The position numbers and the translations under genes were made by a program. A DNA stretch of 64,000 nt from positions 310,001 to 374,000 of IMG/VR virus record IMGVR_UViG_3300029922_000001; one strand, 5' to 3'. The notes below the pieces were generated by a model. It saw only the letters and a program-made list of their open reading frames with translations. It searched no databases and was not told the DNA's origin. Position 1 is the first letter of the stretch, and the number at the start of each line of letters is the position of its first letter. Of this stretch, positions 9,098 to 18,763 are shown piece after piece.

Positions 9098-9482
9098 TAA
9101 CTTCACCAGAGAAAATAGGTACAGAATCTAAATGAGCCTGAATGCTTGGTGTAAGTGGTCTATTGAATGTACCAATTCCAACATAACTTGGGAACAATCC
9201 TAAATCTGTTGAATCTTGTGCTAATCTTACTTGTTGAGCAAATGTGTTAAATTGTGTTTGTGCGGCAAGTAAAAAGTTCGTATTGAACTTAGCTAATTTA
9301 GTAGAACTATTATCAACGCTAGTGTTGACGTTATAAGATAAATTAACAGTAGAAAAACTATTAGTAAGAGTTTGGGTTAAACTTGTACCAGTATGAGACA
9401 TTGTAAAGTTTACTACAGTTACAACTCCAGTGACGGTTACTGAGTTAATTGTGTAATTAATTGTAATGCTTATATCAGCCAT
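9084..9482 (-). CDS. probable virion protein (Thr/Ser/Val-rich)
   Basis: start MADISIT at 9482 downstream of a class III promoter; beta-rich composition. Confidence 0.6.
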   Translation of the reverse strand: MADISITINYTINSVTVTGVVTVVNFTMSHTGTSLTQTLTNSFSTVNLSYNVNTSVDNSSTKLAKFNTNFLLAAQTQFNTFAQQVRLAQDSTDLGLFPSYVGIGTFNRPLTPSIQAHLDSVPIFSGEVTIGG

Positions 9483-9541
9483 GACTATCATTTCTATATA
9501 ATTGTTTGCATATCCTTTTTCAATGTGGTATACTATCAAAC

Positions 9542-9775
9542 ATGGAACCGACTGAAAGACAAATTAATATACTCAAGCAAGCACCACTTTTTAGAGTGAG
9601 GTATGATGAAAAGGTAGAGCCTTGGGCTGTTACTGTAAAAAATACAATGGTTTGCTGGTGGAAGGAAGTTGAAGAATTGCAGCAACTAGGATTATTGAAT
9701 CCTAGGAATGTTTATGAAGCTGATTTGACGCAAGAGGGGCGAATGTACACATATGATAAAAGTAAAACTAACTGA
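9542..9775 (+). CDS. hypothetical protein
   Basis: leaderless ATG after TGGTATACT; similar to the next ORF (T..Q..IL...P...L...GL). Confidence 0.65.
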   Translation: MEPTERQINILKQAPLFRVRYDEKVEPWAVTVKNTMVCWWKEVEELQQLGLLNPRNVYEADLTQEGRMYTYDKSKTN

Positions 9776-10022
9776 CAAACAAATTGACATTCTAAAAAAT
9801 ACTCCATTAGAGTACTGTGATTCTTCTTGGACAAATTTCGGAATGCATAATAACAAATATGCATTCAATCGTAAAACTGGTCATAGAGTTTACGACTGGC
9901 ACGATGTTGAAGATTTAGAAGAAATGGGATTGTTAAAATTCCATAACCTACTAAGCACTTTAATTGTCGTATTAACTCCTAAAGGAAAAGATGCAATAGC
10001 TGAATCTGTAAGTATAATATAG
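9753..10022 (+). CDS. hypothetical winged-helix-like protein
   Basis: LTDKQIDIL...VEDLEEMGLL...LTPKGK. Confidence 0.6.
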   Translation: MIKVKLTDKQIDILKNTPLEYCDSSWTNFGMHNNKYAFNRKTGHRVYDWHDVEDLEEMGLLKFHNLLSTLIVVLTPKGKDAIAESVSII

Positions 10023-10024
10023 AC

Positions 10025-10345
10025 ATGGTTGGCGGTAAAGTAAAAGAAGTCATTGATTGTGGTAATCTCGTTTGGGTAAACTGCGAAGAGAATTGTTATA
10101 GGATTAGCGGATGTAAAGATCCAACTTGTACTCATGAAGAGTGTGCAGTTTATGTAGAGCGTAATGAAAATTCATTAAAGATTAAAGCAGGGGATAAGTT
10201 ATGGTGGCAAGGTCAAAGCACTTATTGGACACCACAACCTTTCACTAAAAATGAAGAAGATTTAAAATGTGGAATAGATTATGAAATCGACATTCGCAAA
10301 ATGAGTGGTTCAGGAGTTAGTAGACCTGAATTAGTTAGTTGTTAA
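10025..10345 (+). CDS. hypothetical phage protein
   Basis: 106-aa ORF. Confidence 0.65.
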   Translation: MVGGKVKEVIDCGNLVWVNCEENCYRISGCKDPTCTHEECAVYVERNENSLKIKAGDKLWWQGQSTYWTPQPFTKNEEDLKCGIDYEIDIRKMSGSGVSRPELVSC

Positions 10346-10493
10346 GAGTTCCCGATAGTGAGGATCAGCTTAATACGTACCGTTTAAACCGTGGCAAAGT
10401 AAGTGATAGGGAGCAACCTCAATCCTCCGGTATCCCTACCTAGTGGGATGACAACCAGGAAAATAGACTGGTACCGAGGGATATAAGGAGTTT
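10346..10493 (+). ncRNA. GC-rich structured intergenic RNA or leader
   Basis: GTTCCC/GGGAGC, GAGGAT/ATCCTC (crossing), ATCCC/GGGAT, CCAG/CTGG pairings before SD AAGGAG. Confidence 0.4.
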
Positions 10494-10733
10494 ATGGAAT
10501 TAGAATTTAAAGGAACATTTGATGAAGAAAATGATACATTTTTTACAGGTGCAATGAGATACATAGGTTGGGAAGATCCAAATTATCCACTACGTAGTGA
10601 CGGATACATATTAGGTATTCCACTTGAAGAAGTATTTGATTTAAGAAAAGCTGTAATCAATGGTATTACTTTTATTTATCAAGAATCGGAAGAAACGGCT
10701 CAAAAAGCTAGAGAATATTTTGAAGAGGCTTGA
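10494..10733 (+). CDS. hypothetical phage protein
   Basis: SD AAGGAG; 79 aa. Confidence 0.7.
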   Translation: MELEFKGTFDEENDTFFTGAMRYIGWEDPNYPLRSDGYILGIPLEEVFDLRKAVINGITFIYQESEETAQKAREYFEEA

Positions 10734-10760
10734 CAAAATCCAATGAATAAGTGCTATAAT
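10730..10760 (+). promoter_or_regulatory. sigma70-like promoter
   Basis: TTGACA-19-TATAAT (TGC extended -10). Confidence 0.65.
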
Positions 10761-10766
10761 AAATCA

Positions 10767-10983
10767 TAAGCAGGGAACATCTTGAATCGTTCAAGATCTT
10801 TGCTTGCTTAAAGAGAAGTTTCGTACTTTCAGCTTTAAAAAGTGCATAAGGTTAATATAAATAGTATAATGTAAGTTGTTTTTTGTTTTCGCGTTAAAAG
10901 CAAATGGTCCGACATTTCGGAAAGTTTCTTACTTTGAACGTAAAATAAGTGGTGGAGGACCTGCGGAAACGTAGCGTCCCTAG
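10767..10983 (+). ncRNA. structured ncRNA locus B
   Basis: ORF-free region between promoter and terminator; hairpins ATCTTGAA/TTCAAGAT and GGACCTGCG-GAAA-CGTAGCGTCC; second TATAAT near 10865. Confidence 0.55.
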
Positions 10984-11015
10984 AAAAAAGCCTCATAGAA
11001 ATATGAGGCTTTTTT
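10984..11015. terminator. bidirectional intrinsic terminator
   Basis: AAAAAAGCCTCATA-GAAA-TATGAGGCTTTTTT. Confidence 0.9.
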
Positions 11016-11017
11016 CG

Positions 11018-11494
11018 TTATAACTTAAAATTAAGATTAGCAAATTCACCAAATAGTTCTTTAGCTTTATTATCATAAGCTCTCGCAGCATCTTCTTCAT
11101 TGATAAAATATCCTACAAAAATTCTTTTATTATTAAATCCAATTTGTGATTTCCATTTTTTTCTTGATTTTTCCCAATTAACTCCCATGTATTTACTAGT
11201 GCTGTTTTTATTTGAAGATTGATTCATGTGGTTTTGTTGGTGCGTACATAATCTCAAATTATATTTTTCATTATCACAGCCATTATGGTTTATATGATCT
11301 ATGTGAATTTTTGGATTATTATTATTGATAATTAAACGATGCATACCAGTGGTTTTGTGCTTACCATTTTCTTGTTTAATAGAAGTTTCGGCATATCCAT
11401 TATTATTGTAATACCATTTATAGTTTTTGACAAGATCCCAATCTTCATCATCTATAAAAGCAAATTTACCTTTAGTAAGCGATATTTCAATCAT
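11018..11494 (-). CDS. HNH endonuclease with AP2 DNA-binding domain
   Basis: MHRLI...IDHINHNGCDNEKYNLRLCT..QN; SKYMGVNW....KW.SQI......GYF..EEDAARAYD..A..LFGEFA.LNF. Confidence 0.92.
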   Translation of the reverse strand: MIEISLTKGKFAFIDDEDWDLVKNYKWYYNNNGYAETSIKQENGKHKTTGMHRLIINNNNPKIHIDHINHNGCDNEKYNLRLCTHQQNHMNQSSNKNSTSKYMGVNWEKSRKKWKSQIGFNNKRIFVGYFINEEDAARAYDNKAKELFGEFANLNFKL

Positions 11495-11512
11495 AATTTA
11501 TTATAATAATTT

Positions 11513-12289
11513 TTATAATTTATTTTGCATACGATTACATTCATTAACAATTATATTAACAAATTTTTCATTAGTAAAATAATACATATGAGATGTTGGA
11601 AAATATTTACTGATTAGTCCTCCAACGTTTAATTCTATATCAATAATTCTATCATCCTTAGCATAGGCTTGATTAATTTTTTTTATTGGATACCCAATAA
11701 CATCATAATCACTGTAAATATTTAACCATTTAGAAACATTGATGGGTTCACCGCCACCAGTGTTTGCCAAACTCCAAACCAAGATTGGTGAACCAATGGT
11801 GAATAGTGTTTTTAAGCTCTGTAGTGCCTTCTGTGACTTCAAAGAAGCTGTGTAGTATTTATTGCCATCAGAGTCTTTATTCTGTACATCCCAGATAAAA
11901 TTGTTAGTAATAATAGTTCCTAAACTATGTCCTATCCAAAGTAAAACACCATCATCGCCAAGCCAGTCACTAGCTTCACTTAACACAGAATCAACTCTTT
12001 GATGAATGGCACTATAAACATCATTAGTAGTGTCAGATAATTGATAAGCAACAGCATCGCCAACAAATTCAATCATAAACATACGCAGTGTTTTCCAACC
12101 TAAATTAACAATTTTACTATCTAATTGATCTTCAGTAGTGCGGACTAAATCTTTCCAAGAACAAGGGAAGACTTTAAGTTCTACATTGGTAAGATCCTTA
12201 GTTTGAGATTCTAGCAAGGTTACAAACTCGTTAGCGAAGTCAGGACCGTTATTACCGATACCATGTATAGCAAAAATAGCGATTTTCAT
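11513..12289 (-). CDS. alpha/beta hydrolase (lipase-like), late gene
   Basis: IHGIG, GHSLG nucleophile elbow, TIGSP, D.IGYP, SHMYY; class III promoter. Confidence 0.8.
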   Translation of the reverse strand: MKIAIFAIHGIGNNGPDFANEFVTLLESQTKDLTNVELKVFPCSWKDLVRTTEDQLDSKIVNLGWKTLRMFMIEFVGDAVAYQLSDTTNDVYSAIHQRVDSVLSEASDWLGDDGVLLWIGHSLGTIITNNFIWDVQNKDSDGNKYYTASLKSQKALQSLKTLFTIGSPILVWSLANTGGGEPINVSKWLNIYSDYDVIGYPIKKINQAYAKDDRIIDIELNVGGLISKYFPTSHMYYFTNEKFVNIIVNECNRMQNKL

Positions 12290-12342
12290 AATTTTATGTT
12301 CGATTTAACAGGTTATTTATCCTTAATTTTTAAAAAATAATT

Positions 12343-13026
12343 ATGAAAACTATAATTGCAGAAGTTATGTTATTGGCAAAAGAGTTTGATGAAAATAATA
12401 TGACATATCAAGCTGATGCAGTTGATCAAATTACACACGCAATTCTTGCTCAAATAGATTGGAGTAAACATAGAAAACCTGGACAATTAGAAAAAGAAAA
12501 TAATGCTTTAATAGATAAAAATTTAGATTTAAACGTTCGTCGTAATGAAAATACATTAGCTAATTCAACTGTGTTGAATTATTTTATTAACGGTCACGCA
12601 CCTACTCAAGAACAAATTGAAAAACTAATCAAAGATAGAACTGTTACACAAATGCAGAAAATAAGTGATGTTATTAATTTGTATGGAACACAGGATCAAA
12701 AAACAAGAAGATCACAAACAGTTAAATCTGTTATGTTTGAAGAAGAAGAAAAAAAGAAACTAAAGGGTGTGGACAACAATAAACTAAAATTAAAAATCCA
12801 AAAATTAACCAGTGAAGTAAAGAATATTATCGCAGACATTCGCGCTCTTACTCAGAAAATTAATTTACCAGTTTATAGAGATAAGAAAAATCAACTCCTT
12901 AGCGCCATCGAAGAGAAAAAGTTATTAGTTGAACAGATCAACGATAACATACAGATATTAAAGAATTTATTAATACCTGATACTAATCAAAGTAAATTCT
13001 TTGAGCCTTTAGTTCTAACGGGCTAA
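12343..13026 (+). CDS. probable virion protein with shared N-terminal leader motif
   Basis: LAKEFDENNMTYQADAVD...LAQ leader; coiled coil. Confidence 0.7.
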   Translation: MKTIIAEVMLLAKEFDENNMTYQADAVDQITHAILAQIDWSKHRKPGQLEKENNALIDKNLDLNVRRNENTLANSTVLNYFINGHAPTQEQIEKLIKDRTVTQMQKISDVINLYGTQDQKTRRSQTVKSVMFEEEEKKKLKGVDNNKLKLKIQKLTSEVKNIIADIRALTQKINLPVYRDKKNQLLSAIEEKKLLVEQINDNIQILKNLLIPDTNQSKFFEPLVLTG

Positions 13027-13232
13027 TAATCGACAGTGCAGTTATCCTTTTTTGTATATAGAGCAAATGGCACACCATTAACCATACCCACAAAAATACT
13101 ACTATTACAAGTTTGTTCTTTTGAACAATTACAATCCAACGAAGGGAAGCTAAACAAAGATTTTAAGATTTTTTTCATATATTCTCCAATACGGTACAAC
13201 TCTGTGGAGAAGCTACTTTGCTTACTTATATA

Positions 13233-13526
13233 TTATACCAAGTATGTCTCTGGATTGGAATATTCTTTGAGGAAAATTGCAGATTCTTCTGGTAATGTTT
13301 CTAATGCTGCAACTGCAACAGCGGCAATTTGGACGATTTCATGTTCTATGGAATTTCTACCAGTTGGATTTTTAACATAAGCTAAACAAGCTTCGTTTAG
13401 TTCTTGTTGTAAAATAATAAGGAATTCACCTAATCTTTTGTCGGTAGTCCAACCTTTTTTGATTATCTTAGCTTCTTGAAAAACCCTTTCTTGGTTAACA
13501 ACTTCTAGTACAGTTTCACGCTTCAT
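13233..13526 (-). CDS. MazG-like all-alpha nucleotide pyrophosphatase, putative
   Basis: ER..QE.K....ILQQELNEA...EHEIVQIAAVAVAALE. Confidence 0.55.
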   Translation of the reverse strand: MKRETVLEVVNQERVFQEAKIIKKGWTTDKRLGEFLIILQQELNEACLAYVKNPTGRNSIEHEIVQIAAVAVAALETLPEESAIFLKEYSNPETYLV

Positions 13527-13538
13527 ACTTTATTGTAC

Positions 13539-15371
13539 TTAGAATGTAAACCCTTCGGTTTTAGCCTTGGCGATTGTTGGATTATCAATTGGGCTAGTTC
13601 CTGTTCCGGTGTTACCGGTGGTTCCATTTGGCTCAATGCTGCCAGTTTGGGCAAGACTTCTAGAAGCTTGATATTTCTTTGTTGCTGCTATTGTTTCTGG
13701 TCCAATAATACCATCAATAGCGACTGGGAAGCCTTTATTAGTTAAGAATGTTTGCCATTGTTGAATGGTTGGTTTTTTAACGAATGGTTGTGCTTGACTT
13801 GTTGATCTATAGCTTTGTATTTGTTGATTGTAGTTCATTGCAAATTGTGCAAATTGAGGATTTCCATCAACGCTACCAACCAACCAAGGATATTTAGTTC
13901 TTAATTGAGGTAATGCATCTCTAAGTTTAATACCTTGTTTACCCATTGCAACCGCTTCTTGAACGGCTTGTGCCACGACTGGTGTCATTGGAGTGTTCAA
14001 AGACATATTGTTAGTATCTCTTATGTCTTTATGTTGTTGACTTTGTGGAACGACTGTTTTACCAAGAATGTCTAAACCACCACCAGTATCACCAGCAAAT
14101 TGTGCTAATTCAGCACCTTGATCTGCTCCAATACCAATAACACCTAAAGCACCAGCAATAGGTTGTAAACCAGGAATAATAGCTGAAATACTACCAAGAA
14201 AGTTTGCAAAAAATCCAATAAATTTAGCTCTTGTATATGCATCATTAGCTAAATCAATTTCTCCACCTTGAATTTTTTGACACCAACTATACGCTTCTGG
14301 AACCTGCATAATTAAACCAATAAAAGGTAAATATTTAGTGAATTTACTTAAAGCATTTAAGGCTGGCATAGATGCGCTAATCTTAGCTAATGCATTTGAA
14401 ATTACACTAGCAACTTCTGAATTTTTAGTTGCCGCCGCAGCAGCTTTATCTAATTCACCAGCAACATTACTAAGATTTTCAGCTTTGGCACTTAAACTAG
14501 CAATTTCTTGTGCGGCTTGAGGGTTATTCATTAATTCTGCATTATTTTTTAAAGCTTGTAGACGTTGAATAGCGGCTTGTTGTGCTTCTGGATTATCAGT
14601 TTTATTTAAGTCTTCTGCGATACTTGTTGCCCAATTTTGCTGTTTTAAATCTCCAGCAGCATTTGTAGTATTTGTGGCATTAGCAGCGGGAGTTGCAGCC
14701 GCATTAGCGGCAGGGGCAAGTTGTGTTAATGCTGCATCTGCTTGAGATGCAGCTTGTGTTGCAAGTTGTGTTTCTTGCGTGATAGCTTGTGCTAATTGTG
14801 GATTAGCTTTATATACTAATAGAAATTCAGGATCTTGAGTGGCTTTGGAAACAATTTGTGCTCCAATTTTACTAGCTAGAGCATTCATAACCAGGCTTTC
14901 ATTGCTTCCCATACCTCCAGCCGCAAAAAAAGCTATAGCTTCTCTAGAAATATTAACGCCCCGTTGTAACCATTTTTCTAAACCTACAGCATTCTTGTTT
15001 TTCATTAAATTGTAAAAAGATGGATATTTTTTTAATAATAAAGCTTCTACGTATTTTAATAATTCTCTAGTTGCCACACTTCTGGCTAGTCCACCTGGAT
15101 TATTCCAATCACCAAAAGCAATTTTAGAACCCAGATCAGTTAGGCTTTCACCTTGTGCTGGTGTACCTTTTGGCATATTTGGATTTAATAAAATATTAGA
15201 ATTCCCACCTGAAGGATCTATATTTTGTGTAGGTGAAATCATTGATGGCGATTGATTGAATGCGTTATTTGGATCAAGGAATCTTTGGGCAGTACGAATC
15301 ATATTGCGATCTATTTCATCAGCAAGGTGGTGAAATCCATTTTTATCTAAACTTCTAGCAATACTATCCAT
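13539..15371 (-). CDS. large probable virion protein with C-terminal peptidoglycan-binding domain
   Basis: leader IARSLDKNGFHHLADEID...TAQ; Ala/Gln-rich body; IQQWQTFL..KGF....DGIIGPETIAATKKYQ...L..TG. Confidence 0.75.
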   Translation of the reverse strand: MDSIARSLDKNGFHHLADEIDRNMIRTAQRFLDPNNAFNQSPSMISPTQNIDPSGGNSNILLNPNMPKGTPAQGESLTDLGSKIAFGDWNNPGGLARSVATRELLKYVEALLLKKYPSFYNLMKNKNAVGLEKWLQRGVNISREAIAFFAAGGMGSNESLVMNALASKIGAQIVSKATQDPEFLLVYKANPQLAQAITQETQLATQAASQADAALTQLAPAANAAATPAANATNTTNAAGDLKQQNWATSIAEDLNKTDNPEAQQAAIQRLQALKNNAELMNNPQAAQEIASLSAKAENLSNVAGELDKAAAAATKNSEVASVISNALAKISASMPALNALSKFTKYLPFIGLIMQVPEAYSWCQKIQGGEIDLANDAYTRAKFIGFFANFLGSISAIIPGLQPIAGALGVIGIGADQGAELAQFAGDTGGGLDILGKTVVPQSQQHKDIRDTNNMSLNTPMTPVVAQAVQEAVAMGKQGIKLRDALPQLRTKYPWLVGSVDGNPQFAQFAMNYNQQIQSYRSTSQAQPFVKKPTIQQWQTFLTNKGFPVAIDGIIGPETIAATKKYQASRSLAQTGSIEPNGTTGNTGTGTSPIDNPTIAKAKTEGFTF

Positions 15372-15512
15372 GTTTAATTAATTATGAATATGTTAAGTGT
15401 ATTCCTTGAAATAGTTCAAAAATGTGGATGTATAGATAGAAAACCGCAAGAAATATTAAGTATATTTCTTGCGGTTTTACTAACGTTAATTATTTCATCC
15501 AAGCCGTTATAT

Positions 15513-16754
15513 TTAAGGCAACGACTTGATGTAATCGTCTAAGTAACCTTGAACTAAATCACACAATGGTTTCTCACCATAACCAGTTTCTGCAAAGTAC
15601 TTGGGATCATTATATACAGTCAACTTTTTAGGTTGACGACGACCTTGAGATGTTGTATAAGCCAATAATATATCATCCATACTATTAACGATATCTTTCA
15701 CATTAGACTTAAAGAAATCTTTAGTTTGATCTAATGAACCTAATTTCCAATTACCTTGATTATCTACCAAAGCATAACCTAATGCGAACAAGAATGGATT
15801 CCAAAGATGCTTCGGAAATTCATATGGAACAATTTCATTAATGAAGTATAGCTTGCGATTACGTTTTACACCACCGCCACGCAAAAACTCTCCGGTTTTC
15901 GCATTACACAAAACGAGATTAGTAACGTCTTGTCTTTTATATGGATGACCAATGTTTCTGATTGGATAATTAAAAGTATTATTACCACAATAAATTTCAT
16001 ATTGCACATAATCCATAAACTGGAATTGTTCATAAAGATTAATTGCTGAAACATCTAGTAAAGTTCGTGACATTTTATCATTAAACCCAACAAGCGCAGG
16101 AAGAATTTGAGTCATATTTCGATATGATTGCGATGTTGTAACTAGGTTGTTAATCAAACCACTATTTTTAAAAATCTCAGTAATACTAACTTCACCTTTA
16201 TTTGTGATCCAACTAAATTTATCACCAAATGCCCCAAGGTGTTGTTTAATTTTATTAAATTTACCATTATATAAATCAAACGTTGTAGTTGTTACAGCCC
16301 TAGTCTTATTTAAAGTGATTGGCATCAAATTAGAGATATTAGCTGGTAATCCAACAACGAGATTAATCATAATTCCAGCTTCATTGGGAATTTCTGGATC
16401 TTGAGCCATGTTAATAAATTGTTCAAGCAAATGTCCACCATTCATTTGACCATCGTTAGGACCAAAAAATAGATCAACCGTTTTATTGGCATGATTAATT
16501 TTAAATGATGTACATGTCCCTGTTACGCCTTGTGATAAATATTGAAAATATTCAGGATATTTAATTGCGTTTTGCTTAATTTCCTTTTCTATTTCTTTAT
16601 TCTCATTAACATTAGGACCGCGCACATTATGAGAGGGAATAGTTTTCCCAGAATCATATAGTTTTTTAATGTGGGGCTTTTTAACAATCAATGAAAGCCG
16701 TTTGCCGCCTTCAAGTTCAGTGACAGAAGAATAATCGAGAGTGATTTTGTTCAT
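15513..16754 (-). CDS. AIPR-like (ParB-superfamily) protein
   Basis: NVRGPN....I...A...PEYFQYLSQGVT..C....GQMNGGH...I...LNKT pattern. Confidence 0.6.
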   Translation of the reverse strand: MNKITLDYSSVTELEGGKRLSLIVKKPHIKKLYDSGKTIPSHNVRGPNVNENKEIEKEIKQNAIKYPEYFQYLSQGVTGTCTSFKINHANKTVDLFFGPNDGQMNGGHLLEQFINMAQDPEIPNEAGIMINLVVGLPANISNLMPITLNKTRAVTTTTFDLYNGKFNKIKQHLGAFGDKFSWITNKGEVSITEIFKNSGLINNLVTTSQSYRNMTQILPALVGFNDKMSRTLLDVSAINLYEQFQFMDYVQYEIYCGNNTFNYPIRNIGHPYKRQDVTNLVLCNAKTGEFLRGGGVKRNRKLYFINEIVPYEFPKHLWNPFLFALGYALVDNQGNWKLGSLDQTKDFFKSNVKDIVNSMDDILLAYTTSQGRRQPKKLTVYNDPKYFAETGYGEKPLCDLVQGYLDDYIKSLP

Positions 16755-16809
16755 TAGGGATATAATACCAGCTTAAAATCACCATGTCAAGCTATTCAAC
16801 GCTTATTAT

Positions 16810-16983
16810 TCACTTTTGATCTACGTGCTTTATTTTATATAATGGTCTTGTGATATTTGGATTATATTCTGGATTTAAATATGTTTTAAACTCAGCTAAG
16901 GGAATTTTACAAAATTCACAATCATACTTATGATTGAGTTTATTACCGCACTTTTTACAACATCTAATGTATTTTTGGTTCAT
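16810..16983 (-). CDS. small zinc-ribbon protein (57 aa, not in the ORF track)
   Basis: MNQKYIRCCKKCGNKL...CEFCKIP. Confidence 0.55.
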   Translation of the reverse strand: MNQKYIRCCKKCGNKLNHKYDCEFCKIPLAEFKTYLNPEYNPNITRPLYKIKHVDQK

Positions 16984-17006
16984 GTTTTATTATAAGAATA
17001 AATTGA

Positions 17007-17573
17007 TTATCCACCACCAATTTGCCCAATTCCATTCATTATTCCCTCTACACTGTTTTGCCAAGCATCTCCAGTGTTTTGCAAGAATCCATCATCTCTT
17101 GCACCTTGACCTTGAGTTTCTGTAATACCCGGTTTTCTTTGTTGTTGATTTGGTTGATTAGGCATAGCATTAGAGAGAGCTTGTATAAATTGTGGAGATT
17201 GCATATTATCTTTAGCATGTTGTAGTGCTTTGGCTTTATCTCCACCAGACCATTTAATATATTGTTGTATTAAATTACCATCTTCTTTTGCTTTTTGTCT
17301 TGATTGCTGATTAAATTGTTGTGTTCCCCATTGTTGATTAGGATATTGTTTATTGTACTGCTGTGTTTGATTAGGTTGTTGTGATGGTGCTGGAGTATTA
17401 GGTTGAACGGTTGATGGTGTAGTTGTGGTGCTTTGTAAACCAGGATTACCGATTGGAGCAGCAGTCATTAAAGCTAATCTTTGAATATGTTTATCAAAAT
17501 TATCCGCAATTTTATACCTGCCTTCTTTATCTGCTTTATTGGCATCTCTAACTAATTGTTCAAGTGTATTCAT
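17007..17573 (-). CDS. probable virion protein with shared leader motif, Gln/Asn-rich
   Basis: DANKADKEGRYKIADNFD; class III promoter. Confidence 0.7.
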   Translation of the reverse strand: MNTLEQLVRDANKADKEGRYKIADNFDKHIQRLALMTAAPIGNPGLQSTTTTPSTVQPNTPAPSQQPNQTQQYNKQYPNQQWGTQQFNQQSRQKAKEDGNLIQQYIKWSGGDKAKALQHAKDNMQSPQFIQALSNAMPNQPNQQQRKPGITETQGQGARDDGFLQNTGDAWQNSVEGIMNGIGQIGGG

Positions 17574-17712
17574 AATGTAACTTATTCTTAATTCAACATT
17601 TTATTTCCTTGTTGGTTTAAAAAGTTTTTAACTTTTTAAACGCATCTATTCTATATGTAATAATTATTTACCATTGAGGTTGTGAAAATTGTGAAGATTG
17701 TCCTTGGCTTTG

Positions 17713-18132
17713 TTATGAACTCATAAATCCGAAATCATCGCCAGTATCTTGTCCCATGCCTTCTTTCTGTGCTAATTCAGCAACTTTGTCGTAAGGCAAC
17801 TGTTTAAGATCCTTCATACTGTAGCCAACACCAATAAGATATTGAACAGGATCTTGATCGTCTTCTTCTTGATTCATTTCGCCCATAACTTGGCTATATG
17901 CTTCAGGATCAAAACTAGGATTACCCTCATGAACTTCGTGGAAGTCTGATTGAGGTTCATCTTCATTGAAGCCACTATTTAGAAAACTATTATCTTGTGC
18001 AAGTTTAATGAAAATATTTGTAACTCTATTAGATTGTCTTTGTAAGACATCTCTTAATTGGTCGTTTTTAGTAGCAAGAGTCTGTTCATCTAGTGCATAA
18101 GCTACGTCTGCTAATTCTTTTAAAATGTTCAT
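17713..18132 (-). CDS. probable virion protein with shared leader motif, acidic
   Basis: LADVAYALDEQ...KLAQ; class III promoter. Confidence 0.7.
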   Translation of the reverse strand: MNILKELADVAYALDEQTLATKNDQLRDVLQRQSNRVTNIFIKLAQDNSFLNSGFNEDEPQSDFHEVHEGNPSFDPEAYSQVMGEMNQEEDDQDPVQYLIGVGYSMKDLKQLPYDKVAELAQKEGMGQDTGDDFGFMSS

Positions 18133-18187
18133 GTGTGTTTAAATACCTCTGTTATTTATATTCTTTAGAGGTATTTAATATCCTTTA

Positions 18188-18763
18188 TCATGAGTAAATA
18201 ACTTCGTTTTTGATAGCTATTATTGATTTTTCTAACTCTTCTATTGTGTCGTTATTGTAGAAAACGCGATCAGCTTTTTCAATTTTTTCTTGTAATGGCA
18301 TTTGCATTGAAATCCATTTTAATGCAGTTTCTTCATCGTATTTATTGCGTTCCATTAGTCGTTTTATCTGTATTTCAGGATCACAAGCAACTAGCCAACT
18401 TTCATAATATCTTAGATATTGACCAGTTTCAAAAAGTAAAGGATTTTCCACAAATAAGGCTGTACTGTTTGAAATACGCAAATTAACTAGAGGATGAACA
18501 TAGTGTTCTATTTCTTTTTTAAATTCTTTGTTGCCTATTAGAGATTTAATTTGATCTTTAGAAAATGGAAAGTCTATATCAGGATTGTATTTTTTCATCA
18601 TCATTACAATTGGATTGGTAATAAATTCGTTTTCATATAACTTAGTAACAATTTCATCTGCGGAAATGACATTTTCCTTTCCAAAATGCTTTGCTAGGAG
18701 GGCTAAGAATGTGGATTTGCCACAGCAAATATTACCAGAAATAGCTATTTTGTGTGAAATCAA
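18188..18763 (-). CDS. coaE: dephospho-CoA kinase
   Basis: IAISGNICCGKST, SADEI, HPLV, ENPLLFE, QIKRLMERN, QMPLQEKIEKAD.VF.N. Confidence 0.9.
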   Translation of the reverse strand: MISHKIAISGNICCGKSTFLALLAKHFGKENVISADEIVTKLYENEFITNPIVMMMKKYNPDIDFPFSKDQIKSLIGNKEFKKEIEHYVHPLVNLRISNSTALFVENPLLFETGQYLRYYESWLVACDPEIQIKRLMERNKYDEETALKWISMQMPLQEKIEKADRVFYNNDTIEELEKSIIAIKNEVIYS

